This document shows positions 1 through 10,570 of a stretch of DNA of 64,000 nt, one piece after another. Position numbers and translations under genes: made by a program. The notes below the pieces were generated by a model that searched no databases, had not been told where the DNA came from, and saw only the letters and a program-made list of their open reading frames with translations. The stretch is from Candidatus Omnitrophota bacterium (lineage in GTDB: Bacteria > Hinthialibacterota > Hinthialibacteria > Hinthialibacterales > Hinthialibacteraceae), in the NCBI GenBank assembly GCA_016934335.1, contig JAFGTC010000309.1:10714-74713 (forward strand), in the 5' to 3' direction. How positions within the stretch are numbered: the first letter of the stretch is position 1; each line of letters opens with the position of its first letter.

Positions 1-16
1 ATGCAGGAGGATTCTA

Positions 17-1681
17 ATGACCTTTCATACTCCCATAAAATGTCACGCGCCGTGGATCGCCGTCCTTATCCTCGCATTTTCACTGGGGATCGGCGCAGGG
101 GAAAGTTTTGCTGATGAGAGCGTCGAACAGTGGAAAATATTTGAAGCGGCGTTCTCCAGTTCCAGCGACTACGAAAATCCCGTCCAGGATGTCAGCGTCA
201 ACGTCGAGTTTAAGGCGCCATCCGGCCGTACGAGCGTCTTTCATGCGTTTTGGAACGGCGGCCGCCGCTGGCTTGTTCGATTTTCCCCCAATGAAACCGG
301 CCCATGGCGATATAAAACCGCCTGCTCCGACGCGAACAATGCCGGTCTGCATAACCAAACCGGCGCTTTCGAATGTCAGGAAAACGGCTCCGATCTGCCC
401 TTCTACAAACATGGCGAACTGAGGCTGTCCCAAAATCGGCGCTACATCGAACACCAGGACGGCGCGCCGTTCTTCTGGCTGGCCGATACGGTCTGGTGCG
501 GCCCGGCGCTGGCGGATTACGAAGACTGGCTGGTTTTTCTTCAAGATCGGGCGGATAAGCAATTCACCGCCATTCAATTCGTCGTTGCGCAATGGCGCAT
601 GTTCGCGACGGACGCCGAGGGAAACGCCACGTTCACCGGACATGACCGGATCGCCATAAATCCCGCCTATTTTCAACGATTGGATCAATACTTCGACGCT
701 ATCAACCAGGCGGGGCTGGTCGCGGTTCCAGTTGTGCTCTGGGCCATACGAGGCGAGGAAAATCCCGGATATTCGCTCCCCGTCGATCAGCGCATCGTTT
801 TAGCGGATTACATCATCGCCCGCTACGGCGCGCATCAAGTGGTTTGGTTTCTCGGCGGCGACGGCGACTATTCCGGCGAAAAAGCCGATCCCTGGAAAAA
901 GATCGGCCGGGCGGTCTTCCATGACGACCAACGGCGCCTGGCGACCATGCATGTTTGCGGCCGCAGCTGGGCGGGCGAAGAATTCCGCCGCGAGCCTTGG
1001 TTCCACTTCATCAGTTATCAGAGCGGACACGGCGATGACGAAAAGACCTTCCGCTGGCTCAACCAAGGCCCTCCCAGCGCCGAGTGGGATAACGATCCGC
1101 CCCTTCCCGTCATCAACACAGAGCCCAATTACGAAGCCCACAACGGCTACACCTATCGGAAAGTGCATAACGACTTCTCCGTCCGGAGAGCCGCCTATTG
1201 GAGCCTGCTGGTCTCGCCGACGGCCGGCGTCACCTACGGCGGGCAAGGCATTTGGGGATGGCATGAACAAGTTCAGGCCCCGGCGGATCATCTCAGCACA
1301 GGCTTGGGCTCTCCCTGGCATGTCGCCAAAGATCTTCCCGGCGCTCTCTGCATGAAATATCTTCATCAATTCTTCCAATCGATCGACTGGCAGACATTAT
1401 CGCCCGCGCCGGAATTGCTGACCGATCAGCCCGGCCGCGAAGACGCATCCAAATTCATTGCCTGCGCCAAATCCGGCGATGGAAAACTGGCTGTGATTTA
1501 CATGCCGGAAGGCGGCGAAATCAACATCCAAACCTCCGGACTGGCCAAGAATATGCAAGCCAAACTTTTCCATCCCCGAACCGGCGGCTGGATCCAAGCG
1601 GGAACCGTACAGCAGCCTGTGCATACAGTCAAAACGCCGGATCGCAACGACTGGATCCTGCTATTGAAAGATGGCTCATAA
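17..1681 (+). CDS. Exported DUF5060-DUF4038 (apiosidase/GH140-like) protein with C-terminal putative collagen-binding domain
   Basis: Signal peptide; VEQWKIFE...F.APSG...FWNGG..W.VRFSP...G.W.Y (DUF5060-like); DGAPFFWLADTVW, YQSGHG, P.INTEPNYE, AGVTYG (DUF4038-like); C-terminal WILLL; RBS GGAGG upstream. Confidence 0.8.
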   Translation: MTFHTPIKCHAPWIAVLILAFSLGIGAGESFADESVEQWKIFEAAFSSSSDYENPVQDVSVNVEFKAPSGRTSVFHAFWNGGRRWLVRFSPNETGPWRYKTACSDANNAGLHNQTGAFECQENGSDLPFYKHGELRLSQNRRYIEHQDGAPFFWLADTVWCGPALADYEDWLVFLQDRADKQFTAIQFVVAQWRMFATDAEGNATFTGHDRIAINPAYFQRLDQYFDAINQAGLVAVPVVLWAIRGEENPGYSLPVDQRIVLADYIIARYGAHQVVWFLGGDGDYSGEKADPWKKIGRAVFHDDQRRLATMHVCGRSWAGEEFRREPWFHFISYQSGHGDDEKTFRWLNQGPPSAEWDNDPPLPVINTEPNYEAHNGYTYRKVHNDFSVRRAAYWSLLVSPTAGVTYGGQGIWGWHEQVQAPADHLSTGLGSPWHVAKDLPGALCMKYLHQFFQSIDWQTLSPAPELLTDQPGREDASKFIACAKSGDGKLAVIYMPEGGEINIQTSGLAKNMQAKLFHPRTGGWIQAGTVQQPVHTVKTPDRNDWILLLKDGS

Positions 1682-1825
1682 ATCGATGAGCGCCGGGGCA
1701 TGCCGATCTATGTAATCAACGATGAATGATTTCTTCATCGTTTAACGCCCTTCGCTCCTAGAGAACAAATCATGTAGAATTGAAAAGCCAACTTACGACG
1801 CACCTGAAAAGAAAGGATGCAAGTT

Positions 1826-2815
1826 ATGAAAATCAAAGCACAATTTTGGGCCTCTCTTTTATTGCTGTTCGCCTTGGCGACATGGACGCCCTCGACCGTC
1901 GACGCCTCGGAATCCGCCAGGATCCCCGTGATTTACGATTCCGACATCGGCGACGATATCGACGACACCTGGGCTCTGGGTCTTCTGCTCCGTTCGCCCG
2001 AAGTCGATTTGAAACTAGTCGTCGGCGACCAGGGAAAAACCGAATACCGCGCCAAACTCTTCGCCAAATTACTGGAGCGCGCGGGCCGCACCGATGTTCC
2101 CATCGGCATGGGGTTGGACGTCAACGCCCAGGGCGGCGGAAGACAATCCGACTGGGTGAAAGATTACGACCTCCAATCCTATCCGGGCAAAATTCACCCG
2201 GACGGCGTCCAGGCCATCATCGATACGATTATGAACTCGCCCGAACCGATCACGCTCATCGCCGTGGGCCCGCTTCCCAACATCGCGGAAGCCTTGAAGC
2301 GAGAGCCTCGCATCGCGCAGAAAGCCAAATTTGTGGGCATGCACGGCAGCGTGCGGCTTGGATACGGCGGCAGCCCGAATATATCCGCCGAATATAATGT
2401 GCGCGCCGACGCCAAAGCCTGCCAAAAAGTGTTCACCGCCCCCTGGGAAATGACCATCACCCCGCTCGACACCTGCGGATTGGTGGTTTTGGAGGGAGAG
2501 CGCTACGCCAAAGTGCGCGATTCGAAGAATCCCATCGCCGCCGCCATTATCGAAAATTATCGCATTTGGAACCAACAGTTCCAGAACAGCAATCCTGAAA
2601 CGCCTAACCAGAAAAGTTCAACCCTGTTTGACACGGTCGCCGTCTATTTGGCCTTCAACCAGGATTTTTGTCAGATGGAAAATCTGGGCATTCGCGTGAC
2701 CGATGATGGATACACGAAAATCGATCCCAGCGCCAAAGTTATGAAAGTCGCCTCCGAATGGATCAACATGGATGCCTTCAAAGATCTGCTCGTCAACCGA
2801 ATTACTGAAAATTGA
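1826..2815 (+). CDS. Inosine/uridine-preferring nucleoside hydrolase family protein with signal peptide
   Basis: DSDIGDDIDD Ca-binding motif, TLIAVGPLPNIA, AEYNV..D, PLD; hydrophobic N-terminus; ATG 1826 fits the AAAGGA RBS (alternative start 1817). Confidence 0.85.
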   Translation: MKIKAQFWASLLLLFALATWTPSTVDASESARIPVIYDSDIGDDIDDTWALGLLLRSPEVDLKLVVGDQGKTEYRAKLFAKLLERAGRTDVPIGMGLDVNAQGGGRQSDWVKDYDLQSYPGKIHPDGVQAIIDTIMNSPEPITLIAVGPLPNIAEALKREPRIAQKAKFVGMHGSVRLGYGGSPNISAEYNVRADAKACQKVFTAPWEMTITPLDTCGLVVLEGERYAKVRDSKNPIAAAIIENYRIWNQQFQNSNPETPNQKSSTLFDTVAVYLAFNQDFCQMENLGIRVTDDGYTKIDPSAKVMKVASEWINMDAFKDLLVNRITEN

Positions 2816-2860
2816 CGTTCAGATACCTTCAATCCCGTTTACAAACAGGCGCACACAACC

Positions 2861-2898
2861 AAGAAGGGCCGCACCAACAGGGCGGCCCTTCTTTTTTT
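2861..2898. terminator. Intrinsic terminator between convergent genes, probably bidirectional
   Basis: AAGAAGGGCCGC-N9-GCGGCCCTTCTT perfect 12-bp stem followed by a T-run. Confidence 0.85.
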
Positions 2899-2945
2899 CG
2901 ATTTGATTTTTTTTCGATTTGATATTTATTACAGCGTTCTAATGA

Positions 2946-5306
2946 TTAATGGCGATCTCGACCGCCTTCGCCGCGATTCCGGTCGCTTCGGCGGCCGCGG
3001 TCCCCTCCGCCTCCGCCGCCCCGGCCTCGATCGCGTCCCCGGTCGCCGCCGCCTCGGCCTTTATTTCGGTCGTCTCGCTTTTCCCGATCACGGTATTCAT
3101 CGGGAGAGGTGCGCCCCGACGCACGATCCGCCAGTTTCTTGCTGAGATTAATGCGCCCAAGATCGTCGATTTCAATAACCTGGACGTCCACCTCGTCGCC
3201 TTCCTTGACGACGTCCTCCACGGTATTCACGCGGCGCTCGGCCAATTCAGAGATATGAATCAATCCCTCCTGACCGGGAATAATCTCCGCAAATGCGCCG
3301 AAATTCATAAGACGCGTGATCTTCCCTTTATAAATCCGCCCGATTTCAACTTCTTCGGTAAGCGTTTCAATCCAATTTCGCGCTTTGGCGCCGGCTTCTT
3401 CATCCATAGCGGCGATTACAACGCGCCCGTCGTCGTCGATATCGATTTTCGTACCGGTTTCCTGAATGATCTTGCGAATCATCTTGCCGCCCGGCCCGAT
3501 AACGTCGCGAATTTTTTCGATCGGAATGGTCAAAATCTGGATGCGCGGAGCGAGGGGACTGATGCTTTCCCGCGGCTTATCGATCGCCTGATCCATAATA
3601 TTCAGGATGTGAAGCCGACCCTGGCGGGCCTGCTCCAGCGCTTCGGCCATGATGGCGCGGGTGATGCCTTCAATTTTCAAATCCATCTGGAAGGCGGTAA
3701 TGCCGTTGCGCGTACCGGTCACCTTAAAATCCATATCTCCAAGATGATCTTCCACACCCAGAATGTCCGATAAAATCGCGTATTTCTCGCCGTCGCTGAT
3801 CAATCCCATGGCGATTCCCGCCACAGCCGATTTGGTCGGTACGCCGGCGTCCATCAACGAAAGCGAGCCGCCGCATACGCTGGCCATGGATGAAGATCCA
3901 TTGGATTCAAGGATTTCCGACACGACTCGAATCGTGTATGGGAAATCATCGTGACTGGGCAGCAGAGGAGTCAGCGACCGCTCCGCCAAGGCGCCGTGTC
4001 CAACTTCTCGCCGCCCCGGACCGCGCAAGGGCCGAACTTCGCCCACGCTGAAGGGGGGGAAATTATAATGCAGCAAAAACTGTTTATAGAAATCCGGTCG
4101 AATCCCGTCGATTTTTTGCTCGTCATCGACCGTGCCCAATGTCGTGACAACCATGGCCTGCGTCTGGCCGCGAGTAAACAAAGCGGAGCCATGCGCTCGG
4201 GGCACAACGCCCAATTCGCAGGTAATGGGCCGTATTTCGTCGGGGCGGCGATTGTCGCTGCGCAGCCGTTCATGTAGAACGCGGTTGCGCATGATCTCTT
4301 TTTCGAGATCGTGAAAGATATTTCCGATTTGTTTGGGAGCGGACGCTATTTGCTCCTTGTAAGCCGCCGCCGCTTCTACATCTTCCGCAGAAATTTCGCC
4401 CCGATCCAAAGCGCCCTGATGCTCCGCCGCCAATTCAGCGAGAATTTGAGAACTCGTTTCCTCTAAGACGGCGTCCAAAGCGGCCTGCCGTTCATGCTTG
4501 TCTAGAATGACATTGGCCTCCTTGACGCGGGATTCGGCCAATTCACGAACGCGAAGTTGGAGTTTTTCATCGACGGCGGGCGGGATGAATTCAATTTTCG
4601 GCTTTCCACAAACCGACCGGAATTCCGTGATAAGTTCGATTTCCTGCTTGATGACGCTGTGCGCCAAATCCAAAGCGTCGAGGATCACTTCCTCCGTCTC
4701 TTCTTCAGCGCCCCCTTCCACCATCATGATGGCGTTTTTCGAGCCGGCGATGGTCAGATTGACCGTTCCTTCTTGGATGTCATCCGCATTGGGATTCACG
4801 ATCAGTTCGCCGTCCTTCCGACTGATGCGGACGGCGCCCAACGGCCCGTTAAAGGGGATCTCGGAAATCTCCAGCGCGGCGAAGGCGGCGATCATCCCGC
4901 AGATGTCCGCTTCATTTTCGCCGTCGTACGAAATCACTTTCAACAAAACCTGGACTTCTTCCTTGAATCCGTCCGGGAAAAGAGGACGCATAGGACGATC
5001 GATGCACCGTGAAACCAGCGTCTCTCGATCGGTGGGCCGCCCCTCGCGCTTGAAAAAGCCGCCGGGGAATTTTCCCGCAGCGTACATCGGTTCGCGATAA
5101 TCCACTGTCAGGGGGAAGAAGTCGATATCCGGCCGATTGACGGGGGCCATGCAAACCGTGGCGAGCACCATCGTGTCGCCTATGCGCGCTGTGACGGAGG
5201 CATTGGCTTGTTTGGCGATGCGCCCGGTTTCGAGTGTGAGCAGTTTTCCAGCGATTTCTTTGGAAACATTGACGACTTGCTGGGTGAGCGTCGTTTCATT
5301 CATCAT
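2946..5306 (-). CDS. pnp: Polyribonucleotide nucleotidyltransferase (PNPase)
   Basis: DFFPLTVDYRE, FFKREGRP, HGSALFTRGQTQ, RREVGHG, ESNGSSSMAS, EDHLGDMDFKV, KH and S1 domains; start MMNETT after GAAAGGA. Confidence 0.97.
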   Translation of the reverse strand: MMNETTLTQQVVNVSKEIAGKLLTLETGRIAKQANASVTARIGDTMVLATVCMAPVNRPDIDFFPLTVDYREPMYAAGKFPGGFFKREGRPTDRETLVSRCIDRPMRPLFPDGFKEEVQVLLKVISYDGENEADICGMIAAFAALEISEIPFNGPLGAVRISRKDGELIVNPNADDIQEGTVNLTIAGSKNAIMMVEGGAEEETEEVILDALDLAHSVIKQEIELITEFRSVCGKPKIEFIPPAVDEKLQLRVRELAESRVKEANVILDKHERQAALDAVLEETSSQILAELAAEHQGALDRGEISAEDVEAAAAYKEQIASAPKQIGNIFHDLEKEIMRNRVLHERLRSDNRRPDEIRPITCELGVVPRAHGSALFTRGQTQAMVVTTLGTVDDEQKIDGIRPDFYKQFLLHYNFPPFSVGEVRPLRGPGRREVGHGALAERSLTPLLPSHDDFPYTIRVVSEILESNGSSSMASVCGGSLSLMDAGVPTKSAVAGIAMGLISDGEKYAILSDILGVEDHLGDMDFKVTGTRNGITAFQMDLKIEGITRAIMAEALEQARQGRLHILNIMDQAIDKPRESISPLAPRIQILTIPIEKIRDVIGPGGKMIRKIIQETGTKIDIDDDGRVVIAAMDEEAGAKARNWIETLTEEVEIGRIYKGKITRLMNFGAFAEIIPGQEGLIHISELAERRVNTVEDVVKEGDEVDVQVIEIDDLGRINLSKKLADRASGRTSPDEYRDREKRDDRNKGRGGGDRGRDRGRGGGGGGDRGRRSDRNRGEGGRDRH

Positions 5307-5432
5307 AATTTTCCTTTCATCCGGTTCTAGCTGCACCACTAGCGTTTACAACAAAACACTCGATGAAAAGAAAAAAAACAATATCACGCTATATGCATAA
5401 ACGAAAAGAGCCTCGGACCGGCCGAGGAAGAT

Positions 5433-5635
5433 CCTTCACGCAGTAAGCGGATATAGAGATTAGGCGGAGAGATGGAAAGAGAGGGATATCCTTCGTCACC
5501 CAGACTAGGACGTAAAAAGTTCCTGCGAACTTTCGACCTCCTAATCGGGGCAACGGGAAAAAAACCATCCTGCTCTCTTTCCATTCCAACACCGCTTTTC
5601 TATCATCGAGGACTATGCGGCAATGGCAAAGAAGG
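5433..5635 (-). other. Long rod-like RNA hairpin in the rpsO-pnp intergenic region (candidate RNase III processing stem or ncRNA)
   Basis: Nested complementary blocks on the minus strand: ATGGAAAGAGAG/CTCTCTTTCCAT (12 bp perfect), CGTTGCCC/GGGTGACG, GATTAGGA/TCCTAGTC, AAAGTTC-GCAG-GAACTTT apex; G-U pairs favour the minus strand. Confidence 0.7.
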
Positions 5636-5640
5636 CTAGC

Positions 5641-5910
5641 TTAGCGGCGTAGTCCTAATCGTTCGATCAATTCACGATAACGATTGATTTCTTTGTTCTT
5701 CAGATAATCCAGCAAACGGCGGCGCTGACTGACCATTTGAATCAATCCGCGGCGCGAATGATGATCCTTCATGTGAACCTTGAAATGCTCCGTCAGGTTC
5801 TTGATTTTCTCCGATAAGATGGCAATTTGCACTTCCGGCGAGCCGGTATCGGTGTCATGAACCTTAAACGATTCAATCAACTCTTTTTTTCGTTCAAGTG
5901 TAATGGACAA
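5641..5910 (-). CDS. rpsO: 30S ribosomal protein S15
   Basis: [25 protein letters not shown]; TTG start with GGAGG RBS. Confidence 0.98.
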   Translation of the reverse strand: MSITLERKKELIESFKVHDTDTGSPEVQIAILSEKIKNLTEHFKVHMKDHHSRRGLIQMVSQRRRLLDYLKNKEINRYRELIERLGLRR

Positions 5911-5989
5911 TGTCGCACCTCCGAAAACTGCAACAGGTTTCTATTTTTTATACGATATTTTTGTATTCACAAATCGCTTTTACACGTCA

Positions 5990-6931
5990 TTAATTCTGAA
6001 ATACTTTGACCGGTTTGATCACGCGAAGATTGCCGGCCAGGGCGTCCAATTGATCGGAGCTCATCAACGATTCGCCGATTCCCACTAGGGAGCCGTCCCG
6101 GCTGGCGACTCGAATCATGGATCCCGATTCGAACGGCTCGTTGCATCGAGAGATCAAACCGCCCGAGAGAAAGCGCCCGCAGCGAAACGACGCAATGCCT
6201 TCCGATCCAACCGTTACAGACGGCATAGAAGAAAGAGCGTCATTCATGCTGCATAGATGCTTCTCAATATCGCCGGGCGTTTGCAGCGCATCGAGCGGCG
6301 CGGCGTTGTCCACATGAAACGCTCCGCAGCGCACGCGCACCAGCCCGGACATCGCCGCCCCCGTCCCCAAAGACTGCCCGATGTCATGACATAACGTGCG
6401 GATATACGTTCCTTTGCCGCATGTGACATGAAACCGGACGGCGGGCAGCGAAATTTCATCTAATATTAGTTGGTGGATAAATATCTTACAAGGGTCTCGC
6501 TTCACTTCCACCCCTTTACGGGCCAGTTCGTAAAGCCGCTTCCCTTTATGATGCTTGGCGGACACCATCGGAGGAATCTGCTCCAACTCGCCAAGAAACC
6601 GGTTGAGTACGGAAACGACTTCATCCTGCGTGAAGGAGGGCACTTCGTTTTCTTCCAGAATCTGACCTGTGGTATCCTGGGTGTCCGTCACGACGCCCAA
6701 CCGCATCTCGATGGAATATTCCTTGTCTTGCGCTATCAAAAACTGCTGAATTTTGGTGGCGCGGCCGATGCAGATGGGCAGCACGCCGGTCGCCATGGGA
6801 TCCAGAGTGCCGGTATGACCCACTTGCCGCTCTCCGGCGGACCGCCGAATCGCGTCAACCACATCGTGCGACGTCATCCCAGCCGGTTTATCAATGTTGA
6901 GAACGCCGTTGAATTTAGGGGCTGTTTTCAT
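5990..6931 (-). CDS. truB: tRNA pseudouridine(55) synthase
   Basis: IDKPAGMTSHDVV, GHTGTLDPMATGVL, QIPPMVSA, GKRLYELARKG, GTYIRTL; PUA-like C-terminus. Confidence 0.96.
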   Translation of the reverse strand: MKTAPKFNGVLNIDKPAGMTSHDVVDAIRRSAGERQVGHTGTLDPMATGVLPICIGRATKIQQFLIAQDKEYSIEMRLGVVTDTQDTTGQILEENEVPSFTQDEVVSVLNRFLGELEQIPPMVSAKHHKGKRLYELARKGVEVKRDPCKIFIHQLILDEISLPAVRFHVTCGKGTYIRTLCHDIGQSLGTGAAMSGLVRVRCGAFHVDNAAPLDALQTPGDIEKHLCSMNDALSSMPSVTVGSEGIASFRCGRFLSGGLISRCNEPFESGSMIRVASRDGSLVGIGESLMSSDQLDALAGNLRVIKPVKVFQN

Positions 6932-7306
6932 TTATTCCTCAATGGGCTGTTGTTCTTCTTCTTGGCGTATTTGCTCCAAGGTTTGAAAAATGCGCTCCGC
7001 TTTATCGAGCGAATCGTCGTAGCGAAACTCGAGATTGGGAATGCGCTTCAACCGAAGCCGCGAAAACAACAGTTTTTGGATTTGTCTCGACCGCTGATTG
7101 GCGGCATCCACGATCACGTCAGGATCCTCGTTTTTGTGCGAAGCGATGAATACGAAGGCATGATAAAGATCGCGCGTCGTCCGCACTTCCGTAACCGTCA
7201 GCGAACGAAGCGAATCATCCTGCAACTCCATCAACAGAATCGAAGCGATTTCTTCCTGGAGAAGGCGATTGATTTGAGATATTCGATAGGTCTTTTTTTG
7301 CGTCAT
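6932..7306 (-). CDS. rbfA: 30S ribosome-binding factor A
   Basis: TVTEVRTTRDL.HA.VF, LRLKRIPNLEFRYDDS; position between infB and truB (alternative start 7312). Confidence 0.93.
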   Translation of the reverse strand: MTQKKTYRISQINRLLQEEIASILLMELQDDSLRSLTVTEVRTTRDLYHAFVFIASHKNEDPDVIVDAANQRSRQIQKLLFSRLRLKRIPNLEFRYDDSLDKAERIFQTLEQIRQEEEQQPIEE

Positions 7307-7404
7307 GATCATTCACCTTTCCGGATCGCTCGAATCCCCGCGCCCCGCGAAGAAAAGCGTCGCATCTCTTCCCTCCCCGCTCATTCCGCCTGAGCCGAGG
7401 CGCT

Positions 7405-7686
7405 TCAATAAAAGTCGATATGATGATCGGTTGTAAGGATCGAAGGCTCGGATTCGATCAGATCCAGGATCCTGTTCAAATCGCGCTCCGCAGCGACTCG
7501 CTGATTCGCCACTCGCGCAATTGTCAGCGTGCAGCGCTGCCAGGCGTCCTGCCCGTCCGTTTCGGCTAAAGATACGTTGAATCGCCGCCGGATGCGATCT
7601 TTGAGGCTCAAAACGACTTTTCGCTTCTGCTTGAGCGATTGGGCCTCAGGAATATGGAAGGCGACTTCGAGAACACCCAAATACAT
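7405..7686 (-). CDS. DUF503 (YlxP-like) protein
   Basis: HIPEAQSLKQKR.V..SLK.R.R.RFNVS.AE...QD.WQR; typical position after infB (alternative GTG start 7704). Confidence 0.88.
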   Translation of the reverse strand: MYLGVLEVAFHIPEAQSLKQKRKVVLSLKDRIRRRFNVSLAETDGQDAWQRCTLTIARVANQRVAAERDLNRILDLIESEPSILTTDHHIDFY

Positions 7687-7733
7687 CTGACTGACGCTGC
7701 TCACGCCGGCGTTTTCACGACTACGGCTAAGGT

Positions 7734-10514
7734 CTATAGGGTTGGCGCAACCTCATCCATCTGATAGCACTCAATGACGTCGCCTTCCCGGATATCGTTG
7801 AAATTTTCCAAGCCAATTCCGCATTCAAAGCCGGATTGAACTTCGCGCACGTCTTCTTTGAATCGCCGCAGCGACGAGAGACTGCCTTCGTGCACTACAA
7901 CGGAATCGCGCAAGAGACGAACCGGCGCGTTGCGCAGCAACCGCCCGTTTTGTATGTACAATCCCGCGATGCTCAAGCCGCGCGAAAGGCGGAAGACTTC
8001 GCGCACTTCGCCGCGGCCCAAAATTCGTTCTTCATACGTTTTATCCAGCATCCCTTCCATCGCGTTTTTGACGTCGGAGATGACTTGATAAATAATTCGG
8101 TACGTTCGAATATCGACATGCTCTCGCTTGGCCAAATCGGTTACATGCGGATGAGGTCGGACATTGAAGCCGATGATGACCGCATTGGATGCGGAAGCCA
8201 GCATCACGTCCGATTCGGAAATCGCGCCCACGCCGCTGTGGATGATCTCGATGCGCACTTTCTCGCTTTCGATCTTCAACAAATTCTCGCTGACGGCGCC
8301 GACGGATCCCTGCACATCGCCTTTGACGATGACGTTTAATTCTTTGATCGCACCTTCCTGAATCTGCGAATGCAGATCATCCAGCGTGACATGACGGGTG
8401 CGGCGCATGTCGCGTTCGCGTTGAATCTGCTGGAGACGAGCGCTGATTTGCTTGGCCTGATTGTCGTCTTTGACGACGATGAACGGGTCGCCGGCGCTGG
8501 GTACGTCTTCAATGCCCAGAATTTCCACCGGCGTGGAGGGGCCCGCCTCCTCGAGCATTTCGCCTCGTTCATTCTGCATGGCGCGCACTCGCCCCGAATA
8601 AACTCCGGTGACGAACGGATCGCCGACTTTCAACCTGCCTTGTTGAATCAGAATGGTGGCGACGGGGCCTCGCCCCTGCTCCAAACGGCCTTCGACTATA
8701 GTTCCCCGCGCCCGGCACATCGGATCGGCTTTCAACTCCAACAACTCCGCCTGCAGCAAGACCGTTTCGAGAAGATCGTCGATGCCTTCTTTTTTCAAAG
8801 CGGAAATGGGCGCCATAATGGTTTGTCCGCCCCACTCTTCGGGCGTCAAACCGTATTCCGACAACTGCTGCTTGACCCGATCGGGATTGGCGTTTTCCAA
8901 ATCCATCTTATTCACCGCCACAATGATCGGCACGCCGGCGGCTTTCGCGTGATGGATGGCCTCAATAGTCTGGGGCATAACTCCATCCGCAGCGGATACG
9001 ACCAGGATGACGATGTCCGTCACCATGGCGCCCCGCGCGCGCATGGCCGTAAACGCTTCGTGACCCGGCGTATCAAGAAAAGCAATCAATCCCCCTTTTG
9101 TATTCACCAAATAGGCGCCGATATGCTGGGTGATGCCCCCTGCTTCATGCGAAGCAATATCCGACTGGCGAACGGCGTCTAACAACTTAGTCTTTCCGTG
9201 ATCGACGTGCCCCATGATCGTCACGACCGGCGAGCGCGTCACCATTCGCTCTTCTAGGGTGTCTTCCTGCCAGAGCTGCGTAAAAATGTCGTTATCAAAG
9301 AGATCGACTTTTTCGACATGAAACCCGTAATCATCGGCGATGATTTGGATGGTTTCAAATTCCAAAGGCTGATTGATGGATACCATCACGCCCATGGAAA
9401 TCAATTTTTGTATCAACTCCGAGGCGGATACACCCAATCCATTGGCCACATCGGCGACGGTCGAAGCGTCGTGAATCTTGAGAATCGTCTTTTCTCTCTC
9501 GCTCTTTTCGACTTCCGCCGCAATTTGCTGTTCACGCCGCTCTCGCTTTTCCCGCTTCCAGGCCATTTTTCCCTTTTTGCCTCTCCCCGAAGGCTTCTGA
9601 GGGCGACGCCGTGGAGCGCCGCGAGGGGCGGCTTCGCTTTTGACCGGTTCTTCGGGCTCTTGTTCTTGCGCTTCTTCGGGCTCGGCCGCTCGCCGCTGCT
9701 TCATTTTAAGTTTTTGAATCTCGCGGCGAATCGCTTCGTCTTCATCGTGCCCTTTTACGCGGGTTTTCTCTTTGACTTCTTCCGGCTCCAAATCCACGAC
9801 GGTGGAGGATTTATCTTCAAGGGAAGTCAAATCCAATTCGGGGGCTTCGATAATAATCTCAGGTTCTCCTTTATGTTCCTTTATGGCATCAAGGGGAATC
9901 GCTTTGGTTTTCGCGCGTTTGTCTGGACGTTTGTCTTTGACCTTTTTGGCCTTTTTAGACTCGTCCTTTTTCGGGAGGGGTGCGGGCGCCTCGGCTTCCT
10001 TCGCTTCTTTTTCTTCGACCTGGGCCGACTCAGCGGAAGACGCTTCTTTTATATCCGCTGGAACTGCTTCCACAGAGGCCGATTCAGCCGGCGGCTCAAC
10101 GACCGGACTCGTCTTTTGGGATTCGTCAGACTTCAGCGTCTCCGGCGCAACGGCTTCGGCGGGCGCGGCTTCTACAGGAGTTTCTTGGGAAGCCATCGCC
10201 TCAGTTTCAACCGTTTCGGGCTGTTCCGCTTGCAATTCATCGGAGGCCTCCGCCCTGACTTCGACGGGCGCTTCTTCCTTCTTGGATGGCTTCCAATTTT
10301 TCGGCCGGCGGATTTTAGCGAAGCGTCTGGAGGGCTTCTCTGGCTTCTCGCTCTCTTTGGGCTCTACTTTGCCAAAATGCTGCAGCAATAATTCGATCGT
10401 CCCTTCGTCAAGAGAAGAACTATGACTTTTTCCACGAACTCCAATGGATTCAAGATAGTCAATTATTGCTTTGTTTTCGAGCCCGTATTTCCGAGCGATC
10501 TGATTAATTCTCAT
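7734..10514 (-). CDS. infB: Translation initiation factor IF-2
   Basis: IF2-N domain (MRINQIA...KSHSSSL), [38 protein letters not shown]. Confidence 0.98.
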   Translation of the reverse strand: MRINQIARKYGLENKAIIDYLESIGVRGKSHSSSLDEGTIELLLQHFGKVEPKESEKPEKPSRRFAKIRRPKNWKPSKKEEAPVEVRAEASDELQAEQPETVETEAMASQETPVEAAPAEAVAPETLKSDESQKTSPVVEPPAESASVEAVPADIKEASSAESAQVEEKEAKEAEAPAPLPKKDESKKAKKVKDKRPDKRAKTKAIPLDAIKEHKGEPEIIIEAPELDLTSLEDKSSTVVDLEPEEVKEKTRVKGHDEDEAIRREIQKLKMKQRRAAEPEEAQEQEPEEPVKSEAAPRGAPRRRPQKPSGRGKKGKMAWKREKRERREQQIAAEVEKSEREKTILKIHDASTVADVANGLGVSASELIQKLISMGVMVSINQPLEFETIQIIADDYGFHVEKVDLFDNDIFTQLWQEDTLEERMVTRSPVVTIMGHVDHGKTKLLDAVRQSDIASHEAGGITQHIGAYLVNTKGGLIAFLDTPGHEAFTAMRARGAMVTDIVILVVSAADGVMPQTIEAIHHAKAAGVPIIVAVNKMDLENANPDRVKQQLSEYGLTPEEWGGQTIMAPISALKKEGIDDLLETVLLQAELLELKADPMCRARGTIVEGRLEQGRGPVATILIQQGRLKVGDPFVTGVYSGRVRAMQNERGEMLEEAGPSTPVEILGIEDVPSAGDPFIVVKDDNQAKQISARLQQIQRERDMRRTRHVTLDDLHSQIQEGAIKELNVIVKGDVQGSVGAVSENLLKIESEKVRIEIIHSGVGAISESDVMLASASNAVIIGFNVRPHPHVTDLAKREHVDIRTYRIIYQVISDVKNAMEGMLDKTYEERILGRGEVREVFRLSRGLSIAGLYIQNGRLLRNAPVRLLRDSVVVHEGSLSSLRRFKEDVREVQSGFECGIGLENFNDIREGDVIECYQMDEVAPTL

Positions 10515-10570
10515 ATACGCAATTACCCTCAGGATAAACTTTCTCATCCTAGATTGAATTCTATCCGCTT

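Noticed and set aside
2949-3773. Long antisense ORFs opposite pnp (also opposite infB, groEL, batD, batB, dnaK, the RND gene and others)
   Set aside because: Shadow ORFs expected from codon bias in GC-rich genes; they overlap well-supported genes and show no recognisable motifs
5384-5592. Small ORFs between rpsO and pnp
   Set aside because: No recognisable protein features; the region is better explained by RNA secondary structure
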